A stretch of 64,000 nucleotides of DNA from Neoconidiobolus thromboides FSU 785 (GCA_025603075.1 MU626377.1:1-64000), one strand, 5' to 3'. Positions 50,290 through 62,182 are shown, counted from the stretch's first letter. The notes: generated from the sequence alone by a model not told the origin. Numbers and translations are program-made.

Positions 50290-50884
50290 TAATGCTTACG
50301 GGAAGTAGGAAGCAAAAACCAATAAGTAGCATTGTTATCAATTATAACTTCAGTATGTTCTTTTGATGAATGTAAAAGTTTTAGATTTAACATAAATAGA
50401 AACCAATATGGTTATTCAAAAATAAGTAATAATAATAAAATAGCAGCATCACAGCCTATTATTAAAAATACAAAAAAAATTAATGACCAAATTGAAACTA
50501 TTGTACAGTATTTACTAAACAGCTCAACTATTTCATCAAGATTTAATAAAAAAATAGTGATAGTAAATATTCATCAGATAATATATATCAAATAAAGTAG
50601 AAGAATCATATACAGTAAATACTTTGATGGTTTAAAAGGTAAAGCAGTAGCTAGGCCAACATTTTTTAAATATATACCAAATCATTTCAAAAACGCAACA
50701 AGAAAAACAGATTTATGTAATATATATGCCCAGTATACAGTTAGAAGAAAGTTGTTTAAAAATAAAATAAATACAGTAATAAAAAATAAAGCAAAGATAG
50801 AAGAAATTTCCAATAAAGAAGAAAAGTCATATAAATTACATAAATTCTATATTGGTACTCAAAAAAACATATTTAATGAGACTA
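50290..50884 (+). pseudogene. Decayed DNA-transposase-like ORF (N-terminal part, Sola-like by recalled motifs), cut by a solo-LTR-like repeat
   Basis: One frame with only two stops: ALLSIITS...FRFNINRNQY...PTFFKYIPNHFKNATRKTDLCNIY...LHKFYIGTQKNIFNET. The family call is from memory of motifs, not a search. Confidence 0.5.
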
Positions 50885-51350
50885 TGTGAAATCTGGTACT
50901 TAGTGATTGGAGTCAAAAGCAACTATTACCTGATTGACTACACTGTAAGTTGAAAGGTCTTAGTTTATGTGACTAAGGTAGACTTGAATTATAAAGAATA
51001 GCACGTAATAGATTACAAGCTATATAAGACAAATAGAATAGACAATACTAATGTAAAGTCTATGTAAAATACTATTAAGTAAACTTAGTGGCTTTATCAA
51101 GTGTAGGAGATATCAAGGAATAATTCAGTTAAAAAGCCTCGAGTTACTATGTTCCAGAGTCTCTTTTATACTCCAGCAAGTATGGGTATCAAAATGGGGA
51201 GATAATGTCCTTCGGAGTCATATTACAGAAATTATCATAGCAAATCAAAATAAGAGTATGGGATTAATTACCTCTGAACTCGAAAGCACAACAACTTAAG
51301 TGGTTGTTATGTTATACTCAATCATAGGGGTGATAAAGCGATATTTCACA
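50885..51350 (-). mobile_element. Solo-LTR-like repeat family L, copy B (466 bp)
   Basis: TGTGAAATC...ATTTCACA termini; on the minus strand TATAAAAG precedes the position homologous to the AATAAA of other copies; flanks are not duplicated. Confidence 0.65.
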
Positions 51351-51799
51351 GTTCACAATCTGTTATAATTAGGGGTTTCTTTGTTAATCCAGGTAACTCT
51401 TGGTTGAACTTTCTAAAGTATGGGTTGGGCGATAAACTCTTATACCACCTCCTATGAGCCAAGACCCCCCATTACTATTTTAGGCCAGTAGCGTTTTCAA
51501 AGCTGGTTACTGGAAGACTTGATTCTACACCAAAATTATTTTCATTTTCTGAAGTAACTGATTTTTTCTCTTAGTTAATAAGAGCTTGAGCTTGAGCTTT
51601 TAAATTGAATATTTTATCTTCTTTTCTTCTAAGAGGAGCCCAAGTTCTTATAGTGATTACTATATTTCCTTCTCTATTAACAGAATTCTATGTTTCTGAA
51701 ATGGTTTTTCCGCTAACCATTTTAATAAAGATGCTTCCGCTTATTGCAAAAGTGCTAAGGTTCCTGGTTTAGTATTTTTTTTCTTTTTCATCAGTAGTA

Positions 51800-52494
51800 T
51801 TTTGTTGAGTAGGGACATCTCGATCAGCGGGGCCTCTTCTAGAACGTTTTTATGAAGCTATGAAGGCAAAGAAACCTTTCGATTTTACCAAATTAACACC
51901 TTTGCTAATTTTTGCGTCTTTTTTAGTGAGGCTATATTGTAAAACAATAAAATATAAGTTTTAAAGCCTGATTTTTCAACTATATTAACATAAATATTAT
52001 TAAACTCAGGTCGGTATTTTTTACTTTTCGATTATTAGTATATATGCTAATACCAACTTGATATAGCCTAAATATTTAAAATACCAACAGCAACCTGATT
52101 TTCTCCTAATTCCAGACTTATCATATACAGTGCTTAAAAAATTTGTCCCAAAAAGTGAAGGACTAAATTTTGAGTCTCATTTCTTGCTTAAAGGTATAGG
52201 TAGACAGTTCAAATAAACTCCTATGAATATAGCTATAAGGAGTAATTTGATGACTTTTATCATATATATTTAATAAATTCAAGTCTTTAATTAGCATTAG
52301 ATTCAATAAAGAAAAAGTGGCTTTAAGTGCTTTAAACACAAAGTATTTATTATTTGTAGAATATAATCTGTTGGACTATCATCAAATATTAAATACACAA
52401 CATCTGGTTGATTTCATTGTGTGACTGTTTGAAAGAAAACAATCTATAAATAGGGGTTAACGATGATAGCGATAGATAATTCGAGGAATCTCAT
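51800..52494 (-). pseudogene. Chitin/polysaccharide deacetylase (CE4, NodB) pseudogene
   Basis: From ATG 52494: TVTQ*NQPDVVYLIFDDSP (TFDDGP), KATF, IYDKSHQITPYSYIHRSL...KQEM (GHQIASHTWSH); stops and frameshifts; 3' end approximate. Confidence 0.6.
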
Positions 52495-53556
52495 TTTTTA
52501 TCGATAATTATAAAAACATTATATAGTGTTAAGTCTATTAATTAATTGATAATTGGCTATTATAGTTAATGGCAATTTAACTATACACTATTTGAACGGA
52601 ATGTTTTTAATTTTCAAAGTCTCTAAACAGATGCATTTATATCTATTCTATTTCTTTAGTAGCTAACTTACTCAAAATCAGCTTATTTATAATTTAATAA
52701 TCAATATTTACCAATTTACTATAATATTAATTTTATTATAGTGACAGCAGGCTCAAACTTTATACAATTGAATATTATATATTAATAGTGGAGTAAAAGT
52801 CTATATAGTTATTAAGTATATGAGAACCAAATTTTTTCTAAGGTATTGTGATAAGATAGTATATATAATACCAAAGAATAGTGTAATTTTTACAATACAT
52901 ATTCTTTATAAACAATTTCAAAGATGCATATTTTTTCTACGCCTTTATCTTTAATTTGTTGATTGGTTTGTACAATTTTACATTTATGTTTATTTCACTA
53001 AAGCTGTAGCAATAATAAAATTCTATATTGTATAACAGCGGTATTAGCAGTCCATACATATATTGAGAATAAAATTTAGTTGTTAAATCAATATTAAATT
53101 GTGTATTGTAATAACATTGTTGCTGTAAACTTTCAAACCTTTACTTTTAGATTTAATAAATCCCAATGTTCTAAACAAACACATCTTATGAGCTTTAAAG
53201 CAGCTCATAATCTTTTAACTGTAACCAGCAGATAAATACAACATGGTTGATAGTAATTATTGTGTATTTTCTATGAAATTCTGTATTGAAGGGAAAATAG
53301 AGTATTTTATTACCAAGCTATAAGCTTATTTTTTTATAGACTTGGATTTTAAATGTATCTATAATATATTAGTAAATTTGTATTATTTAAGTTCTTTTAA
53401 TAATTTTCTAGTAGATGCACAAAAAAATTAAACAAGTAGGGGTTCTATATTTAAGAAAATTTAATAATAAACACTAATTCATAACTATTAATAGGATATG
53501 GTTAGGCTTTATAAAAAGGCTTTATTAATTATTTTACAAACATCATAAAATAAAAG

Positions 53557-54630
53557 TTAAATATCATCAACTTTGACTATAGCCTTGCCAAAGTTTCTGC
53601 CTTGAAGCATATCAATAAACGCTCCAGGTAAACTTTCAATACCAAAAGATAAATCTTCTTTATATTGGATTTTACCTTCCTTCAAATAGTTACTAAAAAT
53701 TTGATTAGATTTTGGCCAAAGATCTCTTCTAAAAGCAACACCAAACCCTTGCATTTTAATCCTTTTGCTTAAAATGTTCATAGAATTATGTAAACCATCC
53801 CTATTATTACTATTATTGTATTGTGAAATCATACCACATACGCTTATACGGCATTCACTGTTAGCTACTTCCAATACTGCATCCAACATTTTCCCACCTA
53901 CATTATCAAAATAAATATCAATCCCATTAGGGCAATGCTGTTTAAGAACTGAAACAAAGTTCTTTTCATTCTTATAATTAAAGGCTGAATCAAACTTTAA
54001 TTCATTTAAAAGGAAGTCGACTTTTTCATCACTGCCTGCAGACCCGACCACATTTAATCCTAATAATTTACTGTACTGCCCAACAATTTGTCCTACAGCA
54101 CCTGAAGCTGCTGAAATAAAAATAGTTTCTCCTCTTTTTATAGGTTCACATATAGTGTGCAAACCAACGTAAGCAGTAGCACCTAATATACCCGTGATAC
54201 TTAAATAATAGGATAGCGGTATTTGCGCATTTCTTTCCTTTGGTATAGGCTCCGTTACATTTACATCTACAATAGAGTATTTTGCCCAATCCCCAATAGT
54301 TATAACAAAATCCCCTACTTCATACTGGTCATTTTTGGATTTTAAAACTTGTGCAATAGCTCCGCTACGGATTGGTGACCCTATCTTAAAAGATGATACT
54401 ATATTTTTTGTATCTTCATCTCCCATTCGCCAACGTGTATATGGATCAATGGAAATATACATAATTTTCACTAGAAGCTCTTCGTGGGTTATTTTAATAT
54501 TATCTATATCAATATCCTCATAGACTACTTTGAAGGTTTCATCAACCTTTGGTAGGCCACGTGGAACACTTTGATAAACTACTTTGCTGTTCTTGATCAT
54601 TGAATATATTATAATTTTTGTGTTTTTCAT
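53557..54630 (-). CDS. NADP-dependent alkenal/double-bond reductase (PTGR1/CurA-like MDR)
   Basis: YISIDPYTRWRM, ILGATAY, FISAASGAVGQIVGQ, VVGSAGSDEK, GIDIYFDNVGGKML and GRNFGKAIV; the real start may be Met at 54600. Confidence 0.92.
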   Translation of the reverse strand: MKNTKIIIYSMIKNSKVVYQSVPRGLPKVDETFKVVYEDIDIDNIKITHEELLVKIMYISIDPYTRWRMGDEDTKNIVSSFKIGSPIRSGAIAQVLKSKNDQYEVGDFVITIGDWAKYSIVDVNVTEPIPKERNAQIPLSYYLSITGILGATAYVGLHTICEPIKRGETIFISAASGAVGQIVGQYSKLLGLNVVGSAGSDEKVDFLLNELKFDSAFNYKNEKNFVSVLKQHCPNGIDIYFDNVGGKMLDAVLEVANSECRISVCGMISQYNNSNNRDGLHNSMNILSKRIKMQGFGVAFRRDLWPKSNQIFSNYLKEGKIQYKEDLSFGIESLPGAFIDMLQGRNFGKAIVKVDDI

Positions 54631-54763
54631 TAGTAGCCCTATTTAAATATTATATATCGCCATACTCATTACTAATAATAAAAACATCATTTATTAGTTC
54701 TTTACATAATATAACTCTGATTATTAATATCATCGAAAAAGTCAGAGTTAAATTTTTTATTTT

Positions 54764-54836
54764 AGATTCGAATATTTTATGTAAGTCCGAAATTTTCAGA
54801 TTCGAATATTTTATGTAAGTCCGAAATTCTCAGATT
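54764..54836. repeat. 34-bp tandem duplication upstream of the reductase
   Basis: AGATTCGAATATTTTATGTAAGTCCGAAATTTTC twice (one mismatch). Confidence 0.9.
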
Positions 54837-55045
54837 TTAATGTTTTTTAAAATAACAATTCTTGTAGTGTTTATTCAATTGAAAGGGTTACAACATCGTT
54901 AATAAAATTTAAGCCATTTATTACTCTTCCAATTTAAACAGATCCATATAATGTATTTTTTATTTAAAAATTCTATTAGCAATTTTTTTAATTATATGTT
55001 TTATACTATTTTATTGAATGTTTAATAGATATATAATATATAAAT

Positions 55046-55148
55046 ATATGGGGTGTTTTTTTGGCCTCATTACTTTTTCAACTTTTAAGTACTATTTGAG
55101 CGGGAAATTGTTAGTAAAACTCTCAAACACAGAAACATATCCCCATAT
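55046..55148 (-). mobile_element. MITE family M copy
   Basis: ATATGGGGTGTTTTTT...ACATATCCCCATAT. Confidence 0.85.
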
Positions 55149-55149
55149 A

Positions 55150-55600
55150 GTTATATAGTTTATTTTGCTTTATTTTTTATTAAAATAAAAGCAAAATCCA
55201 AGCTTTTATAATTAAACTTCAAAATGGAAGTTTAGAATTTTTTAATATAATAAAGAAAAACACACTATACGAACATTGTAATTCATTTATATTAATTTTG
55301 ACAACTATTTATAATAACTCAGAGTTTACGGAATTTTATAATAATAATAAACTTAATCAAGCAACATATAAAATTAATACTTTAAAGAAAACAAGAAACA
55401 AAAATCAATAGATAATATTATTATCAATTATAACTTCAGTATATTTTTTTGCTAAATGCAGTTTTGAATTTAATGTAGATAGAATTAATATAGTTTTGAA
55501 TTTAATGTAGATAGAAATTAATATAGTTATTCAAAATAATTAACAATAATAAAATATCAAGATTACAACATACTATTAAAATACAAAAAAAATAAATATA
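55150..55600 (+). repeat. Repeat family R5 copy (homologous to about 49960-50500), with an internal ~32-bp duplication at 55461-55525
   Basis: Shared strings AAACTTC.AAATGG, ACAACTATT.ATAATAACTCA.AGTTTA.GGAATTTTATAAT and TTATCAATTATAACTTCAGTAT. Confidence 0.7.
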
Positions 55601-55631
55601 AATTAAAACTAAAAATAATAAAAATAAAAGT

Positions 55632-55731
55632 AAATATTTTTTTTAGTTTTACCACTTTTTTTATTTTTCAAGCACTATTTGAGTAAAAAAGTTATTAATA
55701 AAATTTTTAAACAAAAAACATATTTCTATAT
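55632..55731 (-). mobile_element. MITE family M copy (degenerate)
   Basis: CCACTTTTTTTATTTTTCAAGCACTATTTGAGT... internal match; ends decayed. Confidence 0.6.
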
Positions 55732-55803
55732 ATTATTTGATTCAATAAAATTACTAAATAGTCAACAATTGATATTAATTATACTTTACTTTAAAAACTC
55801 ACG

Positions 55804-56758
55804 CTAATTAAAATATGTTTGTCTAATATACTCCTTTAAAGACTCAAACTTAAACCCAGGAAGCAAATAGTTTGAATCCTTTTCAATATAAACATTTCCA
55901 AGCTCGATATCCCTCCCACAATGCGCAAACAAGAGATAGTAAATATCTTCAGCTTTTTCGACAATCAATTTTTCGATTTCTTTCAAATCAATATACTCAA
56001 TCTCTAAAGGCTTTTGGCCAACTTCGCCTATTTGTTTTACAATTTCGTTCATGGTTGTGACTTGAGAAGATATATTGACGTGGGCATTCTTGACTTCAGG
56101 GAAATGATAGGTTTGTGCAATAAAGCTAGCAACATCTCTAATACGAGTTATATTGAGCTTTGTGTTTCCAGAACCTACAATTTTGGCTTTATTGTTAATA
56201 ACATCAATACCGAAAAGCTCGCTAGTTATATGCTCATAGAAAAAGCCACAGTTATAGTAAATGTAATTTAAACCAGATTTCTCAAGGTGTTTTCTAATTT
56301 CAGCTTTTGGGGCAGTGAATGGATTGTTGGTTCTAATGGTAGAGTTAGTAAAACTAGAATTAAAATAAAGTTAAACAAAAGTACCCCTCTAATTTACTAA
56401 AGAACTCAGAAGGTATAAATAAATTGACATTATTTTTAACTGCTGCGTTAAGCAAAACTAAATTGATCTTTACAAAATCAAGACTATTTAGAGCTGACAC
56501 TACTACATCAATTTCTTTTAACGCAGCGTTTAATTCATCTTGGTTATTATAATCAACCTCAACAACTTCAGCACCGCGTTTAATAAACTTCTCTTTTAGT
56601 TGTGGATTGCTCACTTCACCAGTACTTTTTCTAGTCAATACTTTTAATTTAATCCCCTCAATTTTCAAAAATTCCTCCGTAAGGTTCTGACCAAGGGCTC
56701 CAGTGCCACCAGCAATAGCTACTCTCTTAAGATTGTTTGGGATAGTTGATAAAGTCAT
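55804..56758 (-). CDS. NmrA/isoflavone-reductase-like NAD(P)-binding protein, 2 exons (intron 56333-56384)
   Basis: VAIAGGTGALG Rossmann motif, DVVVSAL and FIPSEF; splicing gives ...SKLEG|TNNPFTAPKAEIRKHLEKSGLNYIYYNCGFFYE in frame with the 55804-56052 ORF. Confidence 0.88.
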
Positions 56759-57689
56759 TTTTGTTTTTTCAAATGTATTTGTTTTAAATTACAAGAATAC
56801 TAAATGGCAGCTTTTATACTTTTTCGTAGCACTGGTAAGATGGTAATATAAGGGTCGGAACCCTTGTGATGTTTCTTATGCTATAGTATTGTATAACATT
56901 ATTAGTAATGATGAATTACTTTTAAAATTCAAAGTAATGAGAAGTTTGATTGTTTAATTGAATAAAGGTATGGGGCACTGCTCCTTCCTTATTAGGCTGG
57001 CCTAGTCGGAGTTTTCGCTTAAACTATTTACTAGGACAAAAAGTACGTTAAATTGGTTTTTTTTTTGGATGTAATAATATTCTTTTCGATTGAACTAGCC
57101 TAGTAAAATTGTGATTCTTACTAATATAATGCTGAGAATTAAAAACCTACTGTTTCCTACCGAATTACTCTAACCTAGCTGAAATTTTGGATTTGGTATT
57201 ACTAATCCAATTACATGTACTAACAAAACAACTATTGAATATTGACTAATAATTAATTTTAAAATATTCGAATCTTTATTGATTATTGAAAATCCAGATA
57301 TTTAAGTTTATTGGAATTTTAAAAATAGATAGTTTTACTAACATCATCGACTTTTTAAAATTCATGTTTTAATGGTATATTATCAAACAAATACATAGGT
57401 TAGCATTGTTGAAATTACAAAATATAGAGCAATAATTGGTTTCCAGTTAAAAATAATAAAAGTTTCAAATACCATATGGGGATGTCCAAATTGGTTTTGT
57501 TTTTTATTTAATTTTTTATTAAAAAGGAAAAGTATCTGATACAGTTCTAAATTATTATATTATAGTTTATATTGTAAATTAGTTGAGTTTCTACTAGACC
57601 TAATAAAAATTGCCATATTAATAAGGCTTTTACTGATATAATATATATTAATATTAATCAAGGTTGTAGTATATAAATAAATACATGGG

Positions 57690-58153
57690 TGTGAAATCTG
57701 GTACTCAGAGTTTGGAGTCAAGGACAGCTATTGTTGGATTGACTACACTATAAGTCGAAAGGTCTTAGTTTATGTGACTAAGATAGACTTGGATTATGAG
57801 GAATAGCACGTAATAGGTTACAAGCTATATAAGACAAATAGAATAGACAATACTAATGTAAAATCTATGTAAGATACTATTAAGAAAACTTAGTGGGTTT
57901 ATTAAATGTTCGAGATATCAAGGAATAATTCAGTTAAAAAGCCTCGAACTACTATACTCTGTAAACTCTTTTATACTCTGAAAAGTATAAATATCAAAAT
58001 GAGAGGATAATATTCTTTGGGATGGAGCTAGAAATTCTCATAGCAAATCAAACTAAGAACGTGGGATTGATTTTCTCTGAACTCAAGAACATAATAGCTT
58101 AGGCGATTGTTATGCTATAATTAACCATGAAGCTGACAAAGCGATATTTCACA
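57690..58153 (-). mobile_element. Solo-LTR-like repeat family L, copy C (464 bp)
   Basis: TGTGAAATC...ATTTCACA; on the minus strand TATAAAAG (about 57970) then AATAAA (about 57900). Confidence 0.68.
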
Positions 58154-58290
58154 GTTTATATTGTGTACTCTTCCCTATTGTATTGAAATTTTCAAAAATT
58201 CCATTTCGAAGTTTAGTTATGAAAGTTTTCATTTTGCTTTTATTTCAACAAAAAATAAAGTCAAATAACTATATTTATATAATTATATAA
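58154..58290 (-). repeat. Repeat family R5 partial copy abutting LTR-like copy C
   Basis: The reverse complement matches AAAGCAAAAT...AAACTTCGAAATGG...TACAATAG of the copies at about 49960 and 55150. Confidence 0.65.
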
Positions 58291-58838
58291 TCATATAGTT
58301 ATATATTATATATCTATTAAATATTTAACAGAAATAGTATATTTCTAAGTAAATTCTGAAACCAATTCGGGCAACCCCAATATCCTTATATTATTTTAGT
58401 TAATTTAATCCAAAGTATTAGGTTTACCTTCTATTTGTTTAGATACACTTGAAAACTTATCTTTTTCATCGGCCAAGCATTGGACTTACCTTGCCTTTAT
58501 ATTGATTTATCAGTTAGTATAGCAATGGGCTTAGGGGCTTGAAAGTCTTTATTATTTTTATATGATACTATCAGACTTACTTTTTATTTTGCTGTTCAAG
58601 GTATTTTTTAATTTTTACATATTAATTTAATGAATCATTCATTTTATTGTGTCAGTTTAATTAATTTGGATACTTAAGAGTGATTTGTTTATTAAATGTT
58701 TAGTTTTAACTTCAATTAAGATTAGAGAATAATTCAATATAAGATAATATTTTCTATTATTTATTTAAAGTTTTAAAAGAGAAGGGCATAAAATATCGTC
58801 AATAACTTTAATGAACCAAATATCAAATAAAAGTCAAC

Positions 58839-60529
58839 TTAATTTTCACAAAGTTCTAATCGTTTTTTAGCGTCAGCAAATAATTGATCCCAATTAGAAA
58901 ACATAACAAAATAAAATAAAGCAAAAGAAGTACCAAAAAGAGCAATACAAATACCATACCACATACCAAATAATCCATATTTTAAATAAAAAGCTAATAC
59001 AATACTAATTGGTATAGCTACACAATACCAAGATAATAAATTCACTATACCACCTATCTTTTGTCTACCTTGACCTCTTAATATACCACTACAACAACAC
59101 GCTACACTATCAAATACCTAATAACAACACATTAGTATTAATAACATTAATATTGTATTTAAAATTAAACTTACATGATATACACAAGTGAATGGAATTA
59201 AAACGATTAATATATCTTTCAATTCTTTAACATTAGTAAATAAAGAAGCAAATTGATGTCTAAATGTAAATAAAAACAAAGAATTAAAGATTGGTACAGT
59301 AACGGATAATAATATAGAACATGAAGAAGTTAATTTGGCCCTATTAACATGGTGTGCACCTAATAAATTACCAATTCGATTACTAGCAACAATACCAATT
59401 GATAAGGAATAAGCATATAACATTGAATCAATATTAAGTGCTATAAAATGTGCTGCAAGTGAATCCTCACCTATAAAATAATAATTTAATTTAATTTAGT
59501 CTATTTTTATATTTTGTATTTCAACAATAATAATGATAAATAAATAAGTAAATAAAATATTACCTAAATAACTAACAGTTAAAGATATTAAACTCCAAGC
59601 CCACCATTCAGAACATAACATTAATATACCATTTAAACCCAAATTAATATAAATTGAAAAATTAGTTAAACAATCTTTCGTCCATCCACCCCAGCACTCC
59701 AAACCTTCAACATAATAAATATATATCATCATGGATAAAAAAGTAATCCAATTAGAAAATACAATTGTAAACGGAGCGCCAATAAAACCAATTGATGTAG
59801 TTGGATGCCACATTAAAAAATAATTTACAATAATAGTAATTGGTACAGTTAATAGAAATACCCAAGTTTGAGCTCGCATAATTTCTAAAATAAAAAAGAT
59901 TAAATATTAAATATTATGCTATTATATTACACTATGAAAAATGACTTACTTTGAGCTTGTAAGTACTTTTTCAAGCATTCAAATAAAATATAAGGTGGAA
60001 AACCTAAGATCATAATTCTTAAATAAATACTTGATAACTTAGCCACTTCTGGAGTTTGTTGTAAAAATAATAATAGTGATTCAGAGAACCACCAAACAGT
60101 AAAAATTGGGATAGTCATCATCATTTGAATAACGATTCCTCTTTGTAAATGAACTCCTACTTGTTTTTTATCACTAGCTCCTGTAAATGCTTGAGAACAT
60201 AATGTATCTAATGCGGTTGCCATACCTAGACTAATTGAATTTCCTGTTGTATTTGCTAAAGTGGCTCCTAATGCAACTGCACTTATTTCAATAGCTCCGT
60301 ATTGACTCATACTATATAAATTAATAGTTGGTATACTAAATTGAATAAAAGTAGATAATATAATTGGTATTGCCGATGTAATTAAATAAATTAATTCATT
60401 AACAATAGCTCTATAATGATAAATAAAAACTAAATCATGTTCTTCATTCTTAATACATTCTGCTAACAACAGACTATTTTCACTTGTCCCTTCTTCTATT
60501 GTATTAAAACTGTCACTTTTTTTATCCAT
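58839..60529 (-). CDS. MATE family transporter, 4 exons (introns 59885-59949, 59471-59563, 59118-59174)
   Basis: GMATALDTLCSQ, LKKYLQAQ|KIM, MLCSEWW, SNRIGNLLG, GILRGQGRQKIG. Confidence 0.92.
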
Positions 60530-61307
60530 GAATTATTTGTTGTTAGGAATTCTATTTATTTTTTATAAAGAAGATAAGCTCAAATTTCATTCTTAATTTA
60601 TAGATAGAACAATTTAGGTATAGCGCAGCAATTCTCATAATTACCGACTTTTTAACGCAAATGGGATAGTTTTAATTCATAAGTAATTGTGACTCGAAAT
60701 TCAATTAAAGTATTAGAATATTAATTCTTGACTCAAAAGAAATCATATACTATAAAGTAAAAGAGATGAATGTTTCATCGCTATTATATCTATAGTATGT
60801 CTTATATGCATCCTTAGCACCTTCTTTGAGTTAAAGAGGATTTAGAATGAGACATTTATTTACAAAAATAGTAAGAATAAAAGCTGCGACAAAATTAGAT
60901 GCGAAACTTTGCAAATTTAAAAAAACTGGAATTTAAAATAAAAATAATTTAAAAACTATAAAAATCAGATGAGAAACTTTGCAATTTTAATTACTAATTC
61001 AGAGCTTAATATTCTACTCATTTAAACTAACAAAAAGATTAAGGATCATGAGTTTTAGTTGATAAAGGAGCTTAAAGATTAAAATTATATTGCTTTTCAT
61101 ACAATGATTGAATGATTTTCTTTGTAAAAATTATTATTAAAAAGTTATCAAAAATAACGATTTTCATTGTCTTTAAAATATCCGATGCTTTGTTTTCTTC
61201 AAGCTTTTATGACTTATCATTAATATTATTTAATTAACTAATATTTATTATACCTCAAAGATCTTTTGTGATATACTTGACTCGAAGTTTTAACTTATTA
61301 GTTACTT

Positions 61308-61386
61308 TGGAATTTTACTAACAGCCTTTTCGTTCAAATAGCGCCTAAAAAATGGAAAGAGTGATAACCAAAAAAACATCCTCTAA
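61308..61386 (+). mobile_element. MITE family M partial copy (5' truncated)
   Basis: GAATTTTACTAACAG...CAAATAGCGCCTAAAAAATGGAAAG...AAAACATCCTC. Confidence 0.7.
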
Positions 61387-61730
61387 TTTAAAAATTTTCA
61401 TTTAAATTTACTATAAAATTTTTTATTTATTAACTACAAAAAACATTGTTTTATATTTTAATGCCTGTATCTAATATTTATAGTATTTTAATTCAATATA
61501 TAAAGAAACTTTTCAGAATAATGACTTTTTCAAAAAATTTTGCTGAATTTAATAAACTTATTTTTATCTTTATTTTATAGTTTTTATATAACTTAATTAT
61601 TGCATATTATTTTTTTATTTATAAGTTTATTTTAATCATCAAAATTATTTTTTTTTGATTTATCATAAACAATTGATTAAAAAGCTTTTATAATCTTTTT
61701 AAGTATTAGATTTTATATAATAATCATCGG

Positions 61731-62140
61731 ATCTCATACCCAATGACTGGAGTCAAAAACAGCTATTGTCTGATTGACTTACATTGTAGGTCGAAAGATC
61801 TTAGTTTGTGACTAAGATAGACTTGGATTATGAAAAATAATACGTAATAAGCTACGGAATATGTAAGACAAATAGAATAGACAATACTAATGTAAAATCT
61901 ACGTAAAATATTATTAAGTAAACTTAGTGGCTTTGTTAAGTGTTCAAGACATCAAGGAATAATTCAGTTAAAAAGCCCAGAGCTATTTATCTTTTAGAAG
62001 TTCTTTTATACTTCGATAAGTATAGGTACCAAAACATGGAGATAATATTCTTTAGGACGAAGACACAAATTCTTATAGCAAATCAAACTAAAAGTATGAA
62101 ATTGATTGCCTCTGAATTCAAGAACTCAACAACTTAAGTG
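61731..62140 (-). mobile_element. Solo-LTR-like repeat family L, copy D (both termini lost)
   Basis: Internal homology (GACAAATAGAATAGACAATACTAATGTAAA, ATCAAGGAATAATTCAGTTAAAAAGCC); ends where a MITE fragment begins. Confidence 0.7.
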
Positions 62141-62144
62141 ATAT

Positions 62145-62182
62145 TATACGGGGATGTATTTTTGTGTTTAAGAATTTTACTA
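62145..62182 (+). mobile_element. MITE family M 5' fragment
   Basis: GGGGATGTATTTTTGTGTTTAAGAATTTTACTA, then diverges. Confidence 0.7.

Noticed and set aside
61940-62137. 65-aa ORF
   Set aside because: Lies inside LTR-like copy D; the frame was not seen as an ORF in the other copies.
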